Origin: an uncultured Arcobacter sp.
GTDB taxonomy: Bacteria > Campylobacterota > Campylobacteria > Campylobacterales > Arcobacteraceae
NCBI GenBank assembly: GCA_965140705.1
Contig: OZ223302.1
Location: forward strand, 192,001-256,000
Direction of reading: 5' to 3'
DNA: 64,000 nt
Part shown: one piece after another, positions 30,356 through 49,122 of the stretch
Position numbering within the stretch: position 1 is the stretch's first letter
How the letters are laid out: every line of letters starts with the position of its first letter
Translations under genes and position numbers: made by a program
Notes under the pieces: generated by a model
What the model saw: the letters and a program-made list of their open reading frames with translations, nothing else
Told to the model about the DNA's origin: nothing
Databases searched by the model: none

Positions 30356-30948
30356 TTGGCCTTCAAAATTTTTGGATAAGTTTTTTTGATAAACTGCAAT
30401 AAAAACATACTTATTATTCCTTCAATTATCATAGCCCCAGAATCAACTATAAATATCGTATATGAAGCATACTCATACTCTGGTTTTGAGAAAAGTAAGA
30501 TTATCGCTAAAAAAAGTGTAGCAAAAAACGTACCTAAAAATCCCACTAGAAAAAACTTTACTTTTTCATTTAATCTATTTGCAATATCCATATTATATAA
30601 ATAATACACAATAATTGCTGGCATTCCCATAACAAAAAGATTTACTCCTAGTGATACAACACCTCCGTAACCTAAAAGTAAAGCTTGTAGTACTAAAGCT
30701 ATAAAAATACTAATAAAACTCATCCAACCAATTAATATACCAATCACCCCAATAAGCACTAAGTGTATTTGGGTGACTCCAAGGGGGACATGAATAAAGG
30801 TTGCTATAAAAAACATAGCACTCATAGCTGCTGCTAAAGTTATCTTTTCATCTTTTATAGATTTAATAGAAATATATAAACAAACTAAACTAATAGCACT
30901 AACAACTGCTGTTGATTCTAAAGTTAAGACACCATCTGCTATATGCAC
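30352..30948 (-). CDS. cbiM: Co/Ni ECF substrate-binding component CbiM/NikM
   Basis: N-terminal MHIADG metal motif, LQALLLGYGG. Confidence 0.92.
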   Translation of the reverse strand: MHIADGVLTLESTAVVSAISLVCLYISIKSIKDEKITLAAAMSAMFFIATFIHVPLGVTQIHLVLIGVIGILIGWMSFISIFIALVLQALLLGYGGVVSLGVNLFVMGMPAIIVYYLYNMDIANRLNEKVKFFLVGFLGTFFATLFLAIILLFSKPEYEYASYTIFIVDSGAMIIEGIISMFLLQFIKKTYPKILKAK

Positions 30949-31676
30949 TAGTAAGCCTTAATCCATAATAAGGCACCATTTTCTACTGGATACTCTTTAC
31001 CATCATCTTTATTTTTAATTTTACCCTCTTCAATTAAAGCAGCAAATCCCCACCATCCTTTATGATTCATTACAAAAGAAAAAACACCATTATCATCAGT
31101 TTTAACTACTTGTGTTACATGGCTACTATTTGGTGCTTTTAACTTAAAGTTATTATATAGTTCCACCTCTACTTCAACATTACTAGCTGGTTTACCATTG
31201 TGTAAAACTTTTCCTTGAAATAAATTACCTGCATATAATCCAAAAGGTTTAACCATAGGTATAATCTCATATTTTAATCCAATAGGTTCATCCCAACCCT
31301 CTTCTAAACCATAAGCGTCAACAATTAATTTTGGTACATGTATAATATATTTTCCTTCTGCTGGTTCAAAATATGGTTGTGGCTCAACAAAAAATTTATA
31401 CACACCTGGCATATTTATTTTATATTTTGCACTCCATGCTTTATGTCCTAATTTAGTAGTTTCCTTTACAGGTATTTTATTATCATTACTATTTACAAAT
31501 AATTTTGGCTTTTCCATTGTCATTCCATTTTGTTCAAAAGGGTGCATAAATGAAATATCAAAATTAAGCGTTGAATCCTTTTTATCATCAACAACATCAG
31601 TGTTTGACATAAAAGTTAAGAAGTGAGCTTGTGATAGTGTAAGCAACATAATAAGAGTCGAAATAATTTTTAACAT
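30948..31676 (-). CDS. DUF4198 family periplasmic Co/Ni uptake protein
   Basis: Signal peptide + AHF, HPFE, PYFEPAE, GWWGFAAL. Confidence 0.8.
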   Translation of the reverse strand: MLKIISTLIMLLTLSQAHFLTFMSNTDVVDDKKDSTLNFDISFMHPFEQNGMTMEKPKLFVNSNDNKIPVKETTKLGHKAWSAKYKINMPGVYKFFVEPQPYFEPAEGKYIIHVPKLIVDAYGLEEGWDEPIGLKYEIIPMVKPFGLYAGNLFQGKVLHNGKPASNVEVEVELYNNFKLKAPNSSHVTQVVKTDDNGVFSFVMNHKGWWGFAALIEEGKIKNKDDGKEYPVENGALLWIKAY

Positions 31677-31778
31677 GTGTTTCCTTTTTAGTTTTGGAGA
31701 TTATAAATCCATATGCGTTAAAGCACACTAAATAAAAACTACACTTATGTATTTTTAGGAATTTTTTAGAAAAATAAT

Positions 31779-31805
31779 AAAAAGAGGTAAAATCTACCTC
31801 TTTTT
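31779..31805. terminator. Terminator hairpin after yciI-like gene
   Basis: aaaagaggta/tacctctttt. Confidence 0.7.
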
Positions 31806-31806
31806 A

Positions 31807-32094
31807 TTAATCTTTAGGAAGTAGCTTCACAGGTACGATTTGGAATTCATCCATATTCCATACTTTATTTACAACGTATGGTTCATTGTCTAGCCAATCA
31901 TTTAATTCATCTTCACTTTCAAAATTAACAAATAGTGTAGAACCAACCATTTGATCCTCTTCAATTAAGGCACCAGCATCAATTATTTTACCTTCAGCCA
32001 TAAGTTTTTTTGCACCTGCAACGTGAGCATCTCTTACTTCTAATCTTTTATCTAAAGCATTATCATTATCATAAGCAATTATTAAATATTGCAT
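31807..32094 (-). CDS. YciI family protein
   Basis: RLEVRDAH, GSTLFV, EPYV. Confidence 0.88.
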   Translation of the reverse strand: MQYLIIAYDNDNALDKRLEVRDAHVAGAKKLMAEGKIIDAGALIEEDQMVGSTLFVNFESEDELNDWLDNEPYVVNKVWNMDEFQIVPVKLLPKD

Positions 32095-32155
32095 TGTATT
32101 CCTTTGAATTTATTTTAAGAATTAGCATTCTAGCATTAAAAAAGTATGATATTAA

Positions 32156-32551
32156 TTATGTGTTAAAAAGAAGTCCCGTAGCTACAGCAAAACAGAAAGG
32201 ATATAAAATAACATTAAAATATCTAAAGAATAGTGTTATTTTGATATTTATTGGCATTACTTCATGAATTTCTAATCCAGAAGATAATTTTTGCATCATA
32301 TTTAATTTAAAAGCCAAATCAAAAAACTTGATAAGAATAATACTTGACATCCAAAAGCCATAGTTTGATAAATATATTGATACAGCAAGTGTATAAAAAA
32401 ATGTAATGTGTAAGATAAAATATAAAAAGATATTTTTACTAAATACTTGATAGTTGTTGTAAATTAAACCATAAAGGTTATCATGTCTTTGCCAATTTGA
32501 CTCAAAGAGTTCAAGAGCCATAAAAAGTAGTAATAAAGAGTATAAGTCCAT
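32156..32551 (-). CDS. Hypothetical membrane protein
   Basis: 131-aa hydrophobic ORF directly downstream of rpoC. Confidence 0.7.
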   Translation of the reverse strand: MDLYSLLLLFMALELFESNWQRHDNLYGLIYNNYQVFSKNIFLYFILHITFFYTLAVSIYLSNYGFWMSSIILIKFFDLAFKLNMMQKLSSGLEIHEVMPINIKITLFFRYFNVILYPFCFAVATGLLFNT

Positions 32552-32563
32552 GATTAAATATCA

Positions 32564-32585
32564 CAATAGAGCAAAAGCTCTATTG
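32564..32585 (-). terminator. Hairpin after rpoC stop
   Basis: caatagagc-aaaa-gctctattg; weak U-tract. Confidence 0.6.
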
Positions 32586-32586
32586 C

Positions 32587-41254
<8,668 letters not shown>

Positions 41255-41306
41255 TCACCTTGTCAAAAATTTGATTTTTTTTTGCTTTTTAGTATAAAGC
41301 ACAAAA

Positions 41307-41396
41307 GCATCCCTAAAGGATAGGGTTAAAATTCCTTAGAATTTTAACCTTAGCCTTCAAAGATGCTATCTATATACAAGGCGCGTAGGCCTTGTA
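41307..41396 (-). promoter_or_regulatory. Hairpins in rplL-rpoB spacer (candidate attenuator and processing stem)
   Basis: tacaaggc/gccttgta stem, and long stem agcatc..ggttaaaattc/gaattttaacc..gatgct. Confidence 0.55.
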
Positions 41397-41424
41397 TTAC
41401 ATAGAATAAATTACAAGTAAGTAA

Positions 41425-41799
41425 TTATTTTAATTCTACTTTTGCACCAGCTGCTTCTAATTCAGCTTTAGCTGCTTCTGCATCTTCTTTTCCAATACCT
41501 TCTTTAACGATTGCACCAGCTTCTTCAGACATAGCTTTAGCTTCTTTTAATCCAAGACCAGTTAATGCTCTAATTGCTTTAATAACATTAATTTTTTTGT
41601 CTCCAGCATCAACAAGAACAACATTAAATTCTGTTTGCTCTTCACCAGCACCAGCTTCAGCTGCAACAGCTCCACCAGCAACTGCAACAGGTTGTGCAGA
41701 TACACCAAATTTTTCTTCGAATTCTTTAACTAATTCTGATAACTCTAATACAGATAAACCAGAGATGTATTCTAATACGTCTTCTTTAGAAATTGCCAT
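41425..41799 (-). CDS. rplL: 50S ribosomal protein L7/L12
   Basis: [34 protein letters not shown]. Confidence 0.99.
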   Translation of the reverse strand: MAISKEDVLEYISGLSVLELSELVKEFEEKFGVSAQPVAVAGGAVAAEAGAGEEQTEFNVVLVDAGDKKINVIKAIRALTGLGLKEAKAMSEEAGAIVKEGIGKEDAEAAKAELEAAGAKVELK

Positions 41800-41845
41800 T
41801 TCTTTTCCTTATTTTTTTAATTTTTATTTAAATAATTGTTGCTTA

Positions 41846-42337
41846 TTAAGCAGCCTCTTCTTCTTTTTTCTTTCTAAGAGCATCAAGCCCAATAGTAAAG
41901 TTCGTAACTGGTGCCATCCATGTAGCAGCAAGCATACCAAGAAGTTGTTCTCTTGATGGTAACTTAGCAAATGCATTAACAGTAGCAAGATCAGCGATTT
42001 TACCTTCAATGATACCAGATTTGATAGCAAATTTATCTTTGTTATCAGATGCAAATTTATCAGCTACTTTACAAGCTGAAATTTGATCTTCTGACCATAA
42101 GAAAATGTTTGTACCAGTTAATTCGATATCACCTAACTCAGCATTTTTTACAGAAACAGCAACAAGAGTATTTTTTGCAACTTGTACTTTAGTTCCATTA
42201 TCTCTAGCGTCTTTTCTTAATACTTCTAACTCTTTATGAGTTAATCCTTTATAATCACAAACTACGATAGCTTGAGACTCTTTGAATTCAGAAGTTAAAA
42301 AATCAACGATTTCTGATTTTTGTTGTTTAGTCATCAT
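41846..42337 (-). CDS. rplJ: 50S ribosomal protein L10
   Basis: DYKGLT, VAKNTL, LPSREQL; gene order. Confidence 0.97.
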   Translation of the reverse strand: MMTKQQKSEIVDFLTSEFKESQAIVVCDYKGLTHKELEVLRKDARDNGTKVQVAKNTLVAVSVKNAELGDIELTGTNIFLWSEDQISACKVADKFASDNKDKFAIKSGIIEGKIADLATVNAFAKLPSREQLLGMLAATWMAPVTNFTIGLDALRKKKEEEAA

Positions 42338-42344
42338 TATGTAT

Positions 42345-42418
42345 TTCCCCCTTTCAAAACATCCAACTTCGGCGGGTTTTACAAGATACGGGGGTATCTA
42401 ACCAGCTGTCTTCAGTTT
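42345..42418 (-). ncRNA. L10 leader (autoregulatory RNA)
   Basis: GAAGACAGCTGG-hairpin(agatacc/gtatct)-TAAAACCCGCCGAAG directly upstream of rplJ, matching the L10 leader pattern as recalled. Confidence 0.8.
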
Positions 42419-42497
42419 TATATCAGTGCCTTGAATAACACTCAAAAATATTGATTATATCAACATATTTGAATGTTATTAAATAAGGAGTTAATCC

Positions 42498-43196
42498 TTA
42501 TTTAATATCCATTACTTCTAATGCTTCCAATTTAACAGATGGAGACATAGTTAATGAAATCGCTGCATTAGTAATATATCTACCTTTTGCAGTCGAAGGT
42601 TTTGCTTTATTGATTGCAGCAATAAAAGCTTTAATATTTTCAGTAATTGCTTCATCAGAAAAAGATACTTTTCCAACTGCAGCTTGCATATTACCTTTTT
42701 TATCAACTCTATATGTAACTTGACCACCTTTAGCATCATTAACTGCTTTAGCTACATCCATAGTAACTGTTCCAGTTTTAGGATTAGGCATTAAACCTTT
42801 TGGCCCTAAAATTCTACCAATTTTACCAACCATACCCATACAATCAGGTGTTGCAATTAAAACATCAAAATCGATGTTTCCAGCTTGAATTGATTCTACT
42901 AAATCATCATTTCCAACAATATCAGCACCAGCTGCTTTTGCTTCATCCATTTTTGTTCCCTTAGCAAATACTGCAACTCTTACAGTTTTACCAGTACCAT
43001 GAGGAAGAACAACTGCACCTCTAATCATTTGATCAGCGTGTCTTGGATCTACATTAAGATTAAGTGCAACTTCAACACTTTCATCAAATTTAGCTGATTT
43101 TAAATCTTTTACACAAACAACTGCTTCTGCTAATGTGTATTTTTTATCTTCGATTTTTTCTAATAAACTTTTATATCTTTTTGAAACTTTTGCCAT
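42498..43196 (-). CDS. rplA: 50S ribosomal protein L1
   Basis: [24 protein letters not shown]. Confidence 0.99.
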   Translation of the reverse strand: MAKVSKRYKSLLEKIEDKKYTLAEAVVCVKDLKSAKFDESVEVALNLNVDPRHADQMIRGAVVLPHGTGKTVRVAVFAKGTKMDEAKAAGADIVGNDDLVESIQAGNIDFDVLIATPDCMGMVGKIGRILGPKGLMPNPKTGTVTMDVAKAVNDAKGGQVTYRVDKKGNMQAAVGKVSFSDEAITENIKAFIAAINKAKPSTAKGRYITNAAISLTMSPSVKLEALEVMDIK

Positions 43197-43308
43197 TTTA
43201 TTCTCCGCAATTTTATTTTTTTCAAGGAGTCTTAGTTTTTATCAAACTAAAGAATACTTGTTTGCTACCGCCGTTTAAGCCTGGTGGTAAGGCTAAGAAA
43301 TAGAAATA

Positions 43309-43734
43309 TTAAATTTCTACTTCAATTCCCATAGATCTAGCTGAACCAGCAACAATTTTAGCTGCTTGATCTCTATCATCTGTATTTAAATCTTTGATTT
43401 TCATATCAACGATTTCCATAACTTGATCTTTAGTTAATTTACCAATTTTGTTTTTAAGTGCGTTATCGCTACCTTTTTTAACACCTGAAGTTTTTTTAAT
43501 TAAGTCAGTCATTGGTGGTTGTTTAACTAAAAATGTAAAACTTTTATCTGTATAATAAGTAATTTCTACAGGAATACTAAACCCTGCTTTATCCTTAGTT
43601 TTTTCGTTAAAAGCTTTACAAAATTCCATAATATTGATACCTCTTTGTCCTAATGCAGGACCAACAGGTGGTGATGGGTTTGCAGCACCAGCAGGAATTT
43701 GAAGTTTTAAAACACCAGCTATTTTTTTAGCCAT
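43309..43734 (-). CDS. rplK: 50S ribosomal protein L11
   Basis: [22 protein letters not shown]. Confidence 0.99.
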   Translation of the reverse strand: MAKKIAGVLKLQIPAGAANPSPPVGPALGQRGINIMEFCKAFNEKTKDKAGFSIPVEITYYTDKSFTFLVKQPPMTDLIKKTSGVKKGSDNALKNKIGKLTKDQVMEIVDMKIKDLNTDDRDQAAKIVAGSARSMGIEVEI

Positions 43735-43767
43735 CTTTTCTCCTTTTAAATTTGTTGTTTAATGATT

Positions 43768-43817
43768 TAGACATTAGGCAAGAAAACTCAGAAGCTAATT
43801 TTTTTGCCTAATGTCTA
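43768..43817. other. 14-bp perfect inverted repeat in nusG-rplK spacer
   Basis: tagacattaggcaa / ttgcctaatgtcta. Confidence 0.75.
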
Positions 43818-43831
43818 TATTCAAAGAGTAA

Positions 43832-44359
43832 TTAAACTACTCTTTCTACTTGTGTATAAGAAATCTCTACAGGAGTATTTCTTCCGAAAATTGATACATT
43901 TAGTTTTAATATACCAGAAGCTATATCAAACTCTTCAACTATTCCATTAAAGTTTGCAAATGGACCTTCATTTATTCTTACCATTTCACCATCATCAAAT
44001 GATACTTTTGGTTTAGCTGCTGCTCTATTATTAACTTTGTCTAAAATAGAATTAATATCTTTTTCTGATAATGGTGTAGGTTTTTTAGACTCACCAATAA
44101 ATCTACCAACTTTTGGCATTGATTGAATTCTATGCCATAATGCAGTATCTAAATCAATTTTAGCAAAAGCATATGCAGGATATAAAGGTCTTTCAACAAT
44201 TGTTTTATTACCTTTTTTTATTTCAATTAAATCTTCTGTTGGAACTAAAACCTCAGCAATTTTCCCATCAGCCATTTCATCGGCTAATCTTACTAATGCT
44301 CTTTTTACTGTTAATTCACTACCAGAGTGAGTTTGAATTGCATACCATAAATGTGCCAT
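43832..44359 (-). CDS. nusG: Transcription factor NusG
   Basis: WYAIQTHSGSE, KOW GPFANFNG, VSIFGRNTPVE. Confidence 0.98.
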   Translation of the reverse strand: MAHLWYAIQTHSGSELTVKRALVRLADEMADGKIAEVLVPTEDLIEIKKGNKTIVERPLYPAYAFAKIDLDTALWHRIQSMPKVGRFIGESKKPTPLSEKDINSILDKVNNRAAAKPKVSFDDGEMVRINEGPFANFNGIVEEFDIASGILKLNVSIFGRNTPVEISYTQVERVV

Positions 44360-44369
44360 TATTATTTCC

Positions 44370-44552
44370 TTAGTTTATTACTGAAGACAAGCTAAAAGAC
44401 ATTACAGCATCTATTAGAGCTAAAAATAACGAAATAACCGTCACTACTACAAATACAGAAATATAAGCAGATCTAATTTGTTCTTTAATTGGAAAAATTA
44501 CTTTTCCTATCTCTTCTCTTGCATTTTTATAATATGTTTTTAACTTACTCAC
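44370..44552 (-). CDS. secE: Preprotein translocase SecE
   Basis: EIGKVIFP followed by a single TM; between tRNA-Trp and nusG. Confidence 0.95.
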   Translation of the reverse strand: MSKLKTYYKNAREEIGKVIFPIKEQIRSAYISVFVVVTVISLFLALIDAVMSFSLSSVIN

Positions 44553-44633
44553 AATCGACTCCAGAGTTATAATTATTTAGCTTATAAATATTTTTTAAAA
44601 AAGTTATTTGTTACTACTTTAAGAAATATTTAG

Positions 44634-44709
44634 TGGCAGGCCAGGAGGGACTCGAACCCCCAGCCATCGGATTTGGAATCCGGCGCTCTACCATTGGAGC
44701 TACTGACCT
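44634..44709 (-). tRNA. tRNA-Trp(CCA)
   Basis: AGGTCAG..CCGGA-TTCCAAA-TCCG..GTTCGAGT..CTGGCCT-GCCA cloverleaf. Confidence 0.97.
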
Positions 44710-44738
44710 GCTTAAAAGATAAAGGGTTAAGTAAAGTC

Positions 44739-44906
44739 TTACGACTTTAACTTAACTTCTTTATGAATAGTGTGTTTTCTTAATCTTGGACAATATTTGT
44801 TAACCTCAAATTTCTCAGTGTGAGTTTTTGGGTTTTTCCAAGTAGTGTAGTTAATATCTCCACTTTCTTGACATTTTAATCCGATTTTTATTCTAACTGC
44901 TGCCAT
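44739..44906 (-). CDS. rpmG: 50S ribosomal protein L33
   Basis: Below the ORF track cutoff; manual translation [55 protein letters not shown]. Confidence 0.96.
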   Translation of the reverse strand: MAAVRIKIGLKCQESGDINYTTWKNPKTHTEKFEVNKYCPRLRKHTIHKEVKLKS

Positions 44907-44914
44907 ATTAATCC

Positions 44915-46123
44915 TTATGCGATAACTTCAGCAACAACTCCAGCACCAACAGTTCTTCCACCTTCTCTAATAGCGAACTTAGTTCCCTTTTCAAGAGCGA
45001 TAGGAGCAACTAGTTTAACTGTCATTTCTACATTGTCACCTGGCATAACCATTTCTGTACCTTCAGGTAAAGTACAAGAACCAGTTACGTCTGTTGTTCT
45101 TACATAAAACTGTGGTCTATATCCAGAGAAAAATGGAGTATGTCTTCCACCCTCTTCTTTAGAAAGGATATAAACTTCTCCTCTAAATTCTGTATGTGGA
45201 GTAATTGTTCCTGGCTTAATAAGAACTTGTCCTCTTTGTACGTCTTCTTTTTTGATACCTCTTAAAAGAATACCTGCATTATCTCCAGCTTGACCTTCGT
45301 CCATTTCTTTTCTGAACATTTCAATACCAGTTACAGTAGTTTTTTGAGTATCGTGAATACCAACGATTTCAATTTCTTCACCTAATTTAATAGTACCTTT
45401 TTCAATTCTACCAGTAACAACAGTACCTCTACCTTGGATAGTAAATACGTCTTCTACAGGCATTAAGAATGCTTGATCAGAATCTCTAACTGGAGTTGGG
45501 ATATAAGCATCTACTTCATCCATAAGTTTATAGATTTTTTCAGACCATTCACCAGCTGTACCAGCTTTTGCTTCTTCTAATGCTTTGAAAGCAGAACCAG
45601 CAATAATTGGAGTATCATCACCTGGGAAATCATAAGTAGATAATAATTCTCTAACTTCCATTTCAACAAGTTCTAACATTTCTTCTTTATCTTCATCATC
45701 AAGTTGATCTTCTTTATTTAAGAAAACAACGATGTAAGGTACACCTACTTGTTTAGATAATAAGATGTGTTCTCTAGTTTGTGCCATAGGTCCATCAGTT
45801 GAAGCGATAACTAAGATAGCTCCGTCCATTTGTGCAGCACCAGTAATCATGTTTTTAACGTAATCGGCGTGACCTGGACAATCTACGTGTGCGTAGTGTC
45901 TAGTTTCAGTTTCATACTCAACGTGAGAAGTAGCAATAGTAATTCCTCTTTCTCTTTCTTCTGGAGCGTTATCAATTTGATCATAATCCATTGTTGCTTG
46001 ACCATTTTTTAGTCCAAGAACCATAGTGATCGCAGCAGTTAATGTAGTTTTACCGTGGTCAACGTGACCAATAGTACCAATATTTACGTGTGGTTTACTT
46101 CTGTCAAATTTTTCTTTTGCCAT
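44915..46123 (-). CDS. tuf: Elongation factor Tu
   Basis: [34 protein letters not shown]. Confidence 0.99.
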   Translation of the reverse strand: MAKEKFDRSKPHVNIGTIGHVDHGKTTLTAAITMVLGLKNGQATMDYDQIDNAPEERERGITIATSHVEYETETRHYAHVDCPGHADYVKNMITGAAQMDGAILVIASTDGPMAQTREHILLSKQVGVPYIVVFLNKEDQLDDEDKEEMLELVEMEVRELLSTYDFPGDDTPIIAGSAFKALEEAKAGTAGEWSEKIYKLMDEVDAYIPTPVRDSDQAFLMPVEDVFTIQGRGTVVTGRIEKGTIKLGEEIEIVGIHDTQKTTVTGIEMFRKEMDEGQAGDNAGILLRGIKKEDVQRGQVLIKPGTITPHTEFRGEVYILSKEEGGRHTPFFSGYRPQFYVRTTDVTGSCTLPEGTEMVMPGDNVEMTVKLVAPIALEKGTKFAIREGGRTVGAGVVAEVIA

Positions 46124-46361
46124 AGAATTTTTCCTTTAAAAGATTTAATTAAATTGCCCTCTGAGCAGATAAGCCCAAAAGCTGATCTATTCAGAGGGGT
46201 AATGTGAGACATTCACATAAGTTAAATGTACGAATACAACTAAATTATGTCAACGGGTCGCAATTATACACTAAAAAAGATTACAAGGAGATTACAATGT
46301 AGTAAAAGAGTTATAATTTTTGCTATATATAACTCAGCTCCCAGAATCAATAAAAAATAAA

Positions 46362-46438
46362 TGGAGCGGGAGACGAGACTCGAACTCGCGACAATCTGCT
46401 TGGAAGGCAGAAGCTCTAGCCAACTGAGCTACTCCCGC
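46362..46438 (-). tRNA. tRNA-Gly(TCC)
   Basis: GCGGGAG..TCTGC-CTTCCAA-GCAGA..CTCCCGC-TCCA. Confidence 0.97.
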
Positions 46439-46446
46439 TCATTTAA

Positions 46447-46531
46447 TGGTGGTGAGGGAAGGATTTGAACCTTCGAAGCCGTAGGCGGCGGATTTACAAT
46501 CCGCAGGATTTGACCACTCTCCAACCTCACC
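46447..46531 (-). tRNA. tRNA-Tyr(GTA)
   Basis: GGTGAGG..GCGGA-TTGTAAA-TCCGC, long variable arm, CCA end. Confidence 0.97.
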
Positions 46532-46601
46532 GGTTGAAAATTATTAATCTGGTCTAGCGCTGATCTTCTAAACTGAAGATTTCGCAGACTTATAACTTAT
46601 A

Positions 46602-46678
46602 TGGAGCTGGTGAAGGGAGTTGAACCCCCGACCTGCTGATTACAAATCAGCTGCTCTAGCCAACTGAGCTACACCAGC
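46602..46678 (-). tRNA. tRNA-Thr(TGT)
   Basis: GCTGGTG..CTGA-TTTGTAA-TCAG..CACCAGC-TCCA. Confidence 0.97.
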
Positions 46679-46699
46679 ATATAAATATATTTACAAAAA

Positions 46700-46775
46700 T
46701 GGTGGCGCGGGGCAGAATCGAACTGCCGACACAAGGATTTTCAGTCCTTTGCTCTACCGACTGAGCTACCGAGCC
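46700..46775 (-). tRNA. tRNA-Phe(GAA)
   Basis: GGCTCGG..AAGGA-CTGAAAA-TCCTT..ACCA. Confidence 0.95.
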
Positions 46776-46816
46776 ATCGTTTTTGGACTGAAATTATAAT
46801 GTCTATCATATTAATT

Positions 46817-47971
46817 CTAGCTTAAAGCACATACAAGATTTTTAAATTCTTCTCCCCTGTGCTTATATGAGGTAAATTGGTCCAAAGATGCAGCTGCTGG
46901 GGAGAGTATTCCTACACTATTTTCGCAAGATAATTCATCAATTTTTTCAACTGCTTTATTTAAATATTTTAATGCAAAAACTTCAATTTTAGATTCATTT
47001 GCTAATTCAACTATTTTTTCAGTATTTGAACCAATTGCAAAAATTGTTATATTATATTTTTTCATCTCTTCAAATAATGGATTTAATTTTGCACCTTTAT
47101 CATCACCACCTAAAATAAGATTTATCTTTTTATCTTTATATGATTTTAATGCATTTATTGTTGCATCAACATTTGTGGCTTTACTATCATCTATCCATAA
47201 TCTGTTTTTTTTATCAAAAAACTCTTCAACTTTATGTTTTCCAACAACAAAAGAGTTTATAAGTTCATAATCCAATTCATCAAAAAGTATTTTACTACAA
47301 GCAAGTGCCATTATTGAATCCAACAAAAATGGTTCTTTGAATTTTATTTTTTCTTTTTCTATTCCAAACTCTTTACATAAACAATCACTATTTTTATAAG
47401 TAATTACACAAGCATCAGTTTTATAATCTTTAAACTCTTCTGGAATAATTGCAATTTCACTCTCTACCATAAAATCCAAGGGTTTTAATTTGGCTTTTTT
47501 GTACTCATCAAAACTTCCATGCCACGTTATATGATCTTCACTTACAGGAAGAAGTATATATATGTTTGCTTTTGCTTTATTTGTATAATGATTAGTAAAG
47601 GAAGAAGTTTCTAATATCCAAATATTTGCATCTTTATTTAATAAGGCTAATGGAGTTCCAATATTTCCACCACAAACACTACCTTTTTTTTCTAATAGAT
47701 GTTGAGTCATTTCAGTTGTAGTAGTTTTTCCATTTGTTCCAGAAATCCAAATACTAAAAGGCATACAATCAGCAAATAAATCATATTCACTTATAATGTT
47801 ATTGGAATTTTTAACCATATTATTAGAAGGCATTATGCCAGGACTTACAACAGTAATATCATTTGAAGATTTATCATAAGTGTGAAAATCACTATCATCA
47901 TATAATTTAGTATCACTAAAAGCTTGTTCAATAGCTTTAGCTGTAACTCCTTTACCTAAAACTCTAATCAT
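46817..47971 (-). CDS. murD: UDP-N-acetylmuramoyl-L-alanine--D-glutamate ligase
   Basis: VSPGI, GTNGKTTT, GGNIG, ETSSF, DDSKATN, SPAAASLDQF. Confidence 0.96.
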   Translation of the reverse strand: MIRVLGKGVTAKAIEQAFSDTKLYDDSDFHTYDKSSNDITVVSPGIMPSNNMVKNSNNIISEYDLFADCMPFSIWISGTNGKTTTTEMTQHLLEKKGSVCGGNIGTPLALLNKDANIWILETSSFTNHYTNKAKANIYILLPVSEDHITWHGSFDEYKKAKLKPLDFMVESEIAIIPEEFKDYKTDACVITYKNSDCLCKEFGIEKEKIKFKEPFLLDSIMALACSKILFDELDYELINSFVVGKHKVEEFFDKKNRLWIDDSKATNVDATINALKSYKDKKINLILGGDDKGAKLNPLFEEMKKYNITIFAIGSNTEKIVELANESKIEVFALKYLNKAVEKIDELSCENSVGILSPAAASLDQFTSYKHRGEEFKNLVCALS

Positions 47972-47993
47972 ATTTTCCTCTATTTTAGATTTC

Positions 47994-49055
47994 TTATCTA
48001 ATTTTAAAACTCAATAGTGCAAAAAGGTTTGCCATAAAAGAGATAATCCAAAATCTTACTATTATTTTATTCTCTTTCCAACCTTTATGTTCAAAGTGGT
48101 GGTGAATAGGAGCCATTAAAAAAACTCTTTTTTGTCTTAATTTAAATGAACCAACTTGTAATATAACAGAAACTGTTTCCACAACAAAAATAAGACCGAT
48201 AATAAGAAGTAATATTTCACTTTTTCCTACAATTGCCATATATCCCATAAATCCACCTATAGGTAAAGAACCACTATCTCCCATAAATACCTCAGCAGGA
48301 TGAGAATTAAACCAAAGAAAAGCAATCAATGAACCTATTATTGCTGAGCCTAATATTGTTAATTCTCCTGCTAATTTTATATTTGGAATAAGTAAATATG
48401 CACTAAAAATTGCATGTCCTGAAATATAAACAATAACAGATAAAGTAAAAAATGAAATTATTGAAGGTACCGTTGCCAAACCATCAAGTCCATCAGTCAA
48501 ATTTACAGCATTAGATGTTGAAACAATTACTAACATCCAAAAAACTATTGAATAAATTCCCATATCAAAAAGGGGTAACTTATAAAAAGGAATATATAAC
48601 TCCGTAGTATGGGAATAATAATAAAGTATAGCTGATACTAAAAAAGCACAAATAAACTGCAATATAAGTTTAGCCCTAGCACTAAGTCCTGCTGAGTTTT
48701 TTTGTTTAAAAATTTTTGATAAATCATCTTGCATCCCAATTAAACAAAATAATACAAGTGTCAAAAGTCCACCTACTACATAAAAATTATTTAGCTTAAC
48801 TGTTAATAGTGTCGCAATTATAGTTGAAAAAATAAAAATAACTCCACCCATAGTAGGAGTCCCACATTTTACTTGATGAGTTTCAGGTGCATACTCATAT
48901 ATAGGCTGATTAGCCTTTTTATTTTTCGCCCACTTTATAAATTTTGGCATTAAATACATAGTTAATAAAAAAGATATTAAAAAAGCAATTCCTGCACGAA
49001 CTGAAATATATTGAAAGATATTAATCTCAAGATGTCTATAGAACCAGTAAAACAA
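47994..49055 (-). CDS. mraY: Phospho-N-acetylmuramoyl-pentapeptide transferase
   Basis: [36 protein letters not shown]. Confidence 0.98.
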   Translation of the reverse strand: MFYWFYRHLEINIFQYISVRAGIAFLISFLLTMYLMPKFIKWAKNKKANQPIYEYAPETHQVKCGTPTMGGVIFIFSTIIATLLTVKLNNFYVVGGLLTLVLFCLIGMQDDLSKIFKQKNSAGLSARAKLILQFICAFLVSAILYYYSHTTELYIPFYKLPLFDMGIYSIVFWMLVIVSTSNAVNLTDGLDGLATVPSIISFFTLSVIVYISGHAIFSAYLLIPNIKLAGELTILGSAIIGSLIAFLWFNSHPAEVFMGDSGSLPIGGFMGYMAIVGKSEILLLIIGLIFVVETVSVILQVGSFKLRQKRVFLMAPIHHHFEHKGWKENKIIVRFWIISFMANLFALLSFKIR

Positions 49056-49122
49056 ATTTAAACCTTCGTTTAGATATAATCTCAGGATTATAATATATTA
49101 ATAATTTTAAAAGGTTTAAATA

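Noticed and set aside
31677..31806. Cobalamin riboswitch upstream of the cbiM operon
   Set aside because: The gap is 130 bp, AT-rich, has no B12 box, and has a TATAAT only ~25 nt from the start; Co versus Ni specificity is unresolved
43197..43308. L1-binding leader between rplK and rplA
   Set aside because: Hairpins are present but I cannot match the L1 site consensus with confidence
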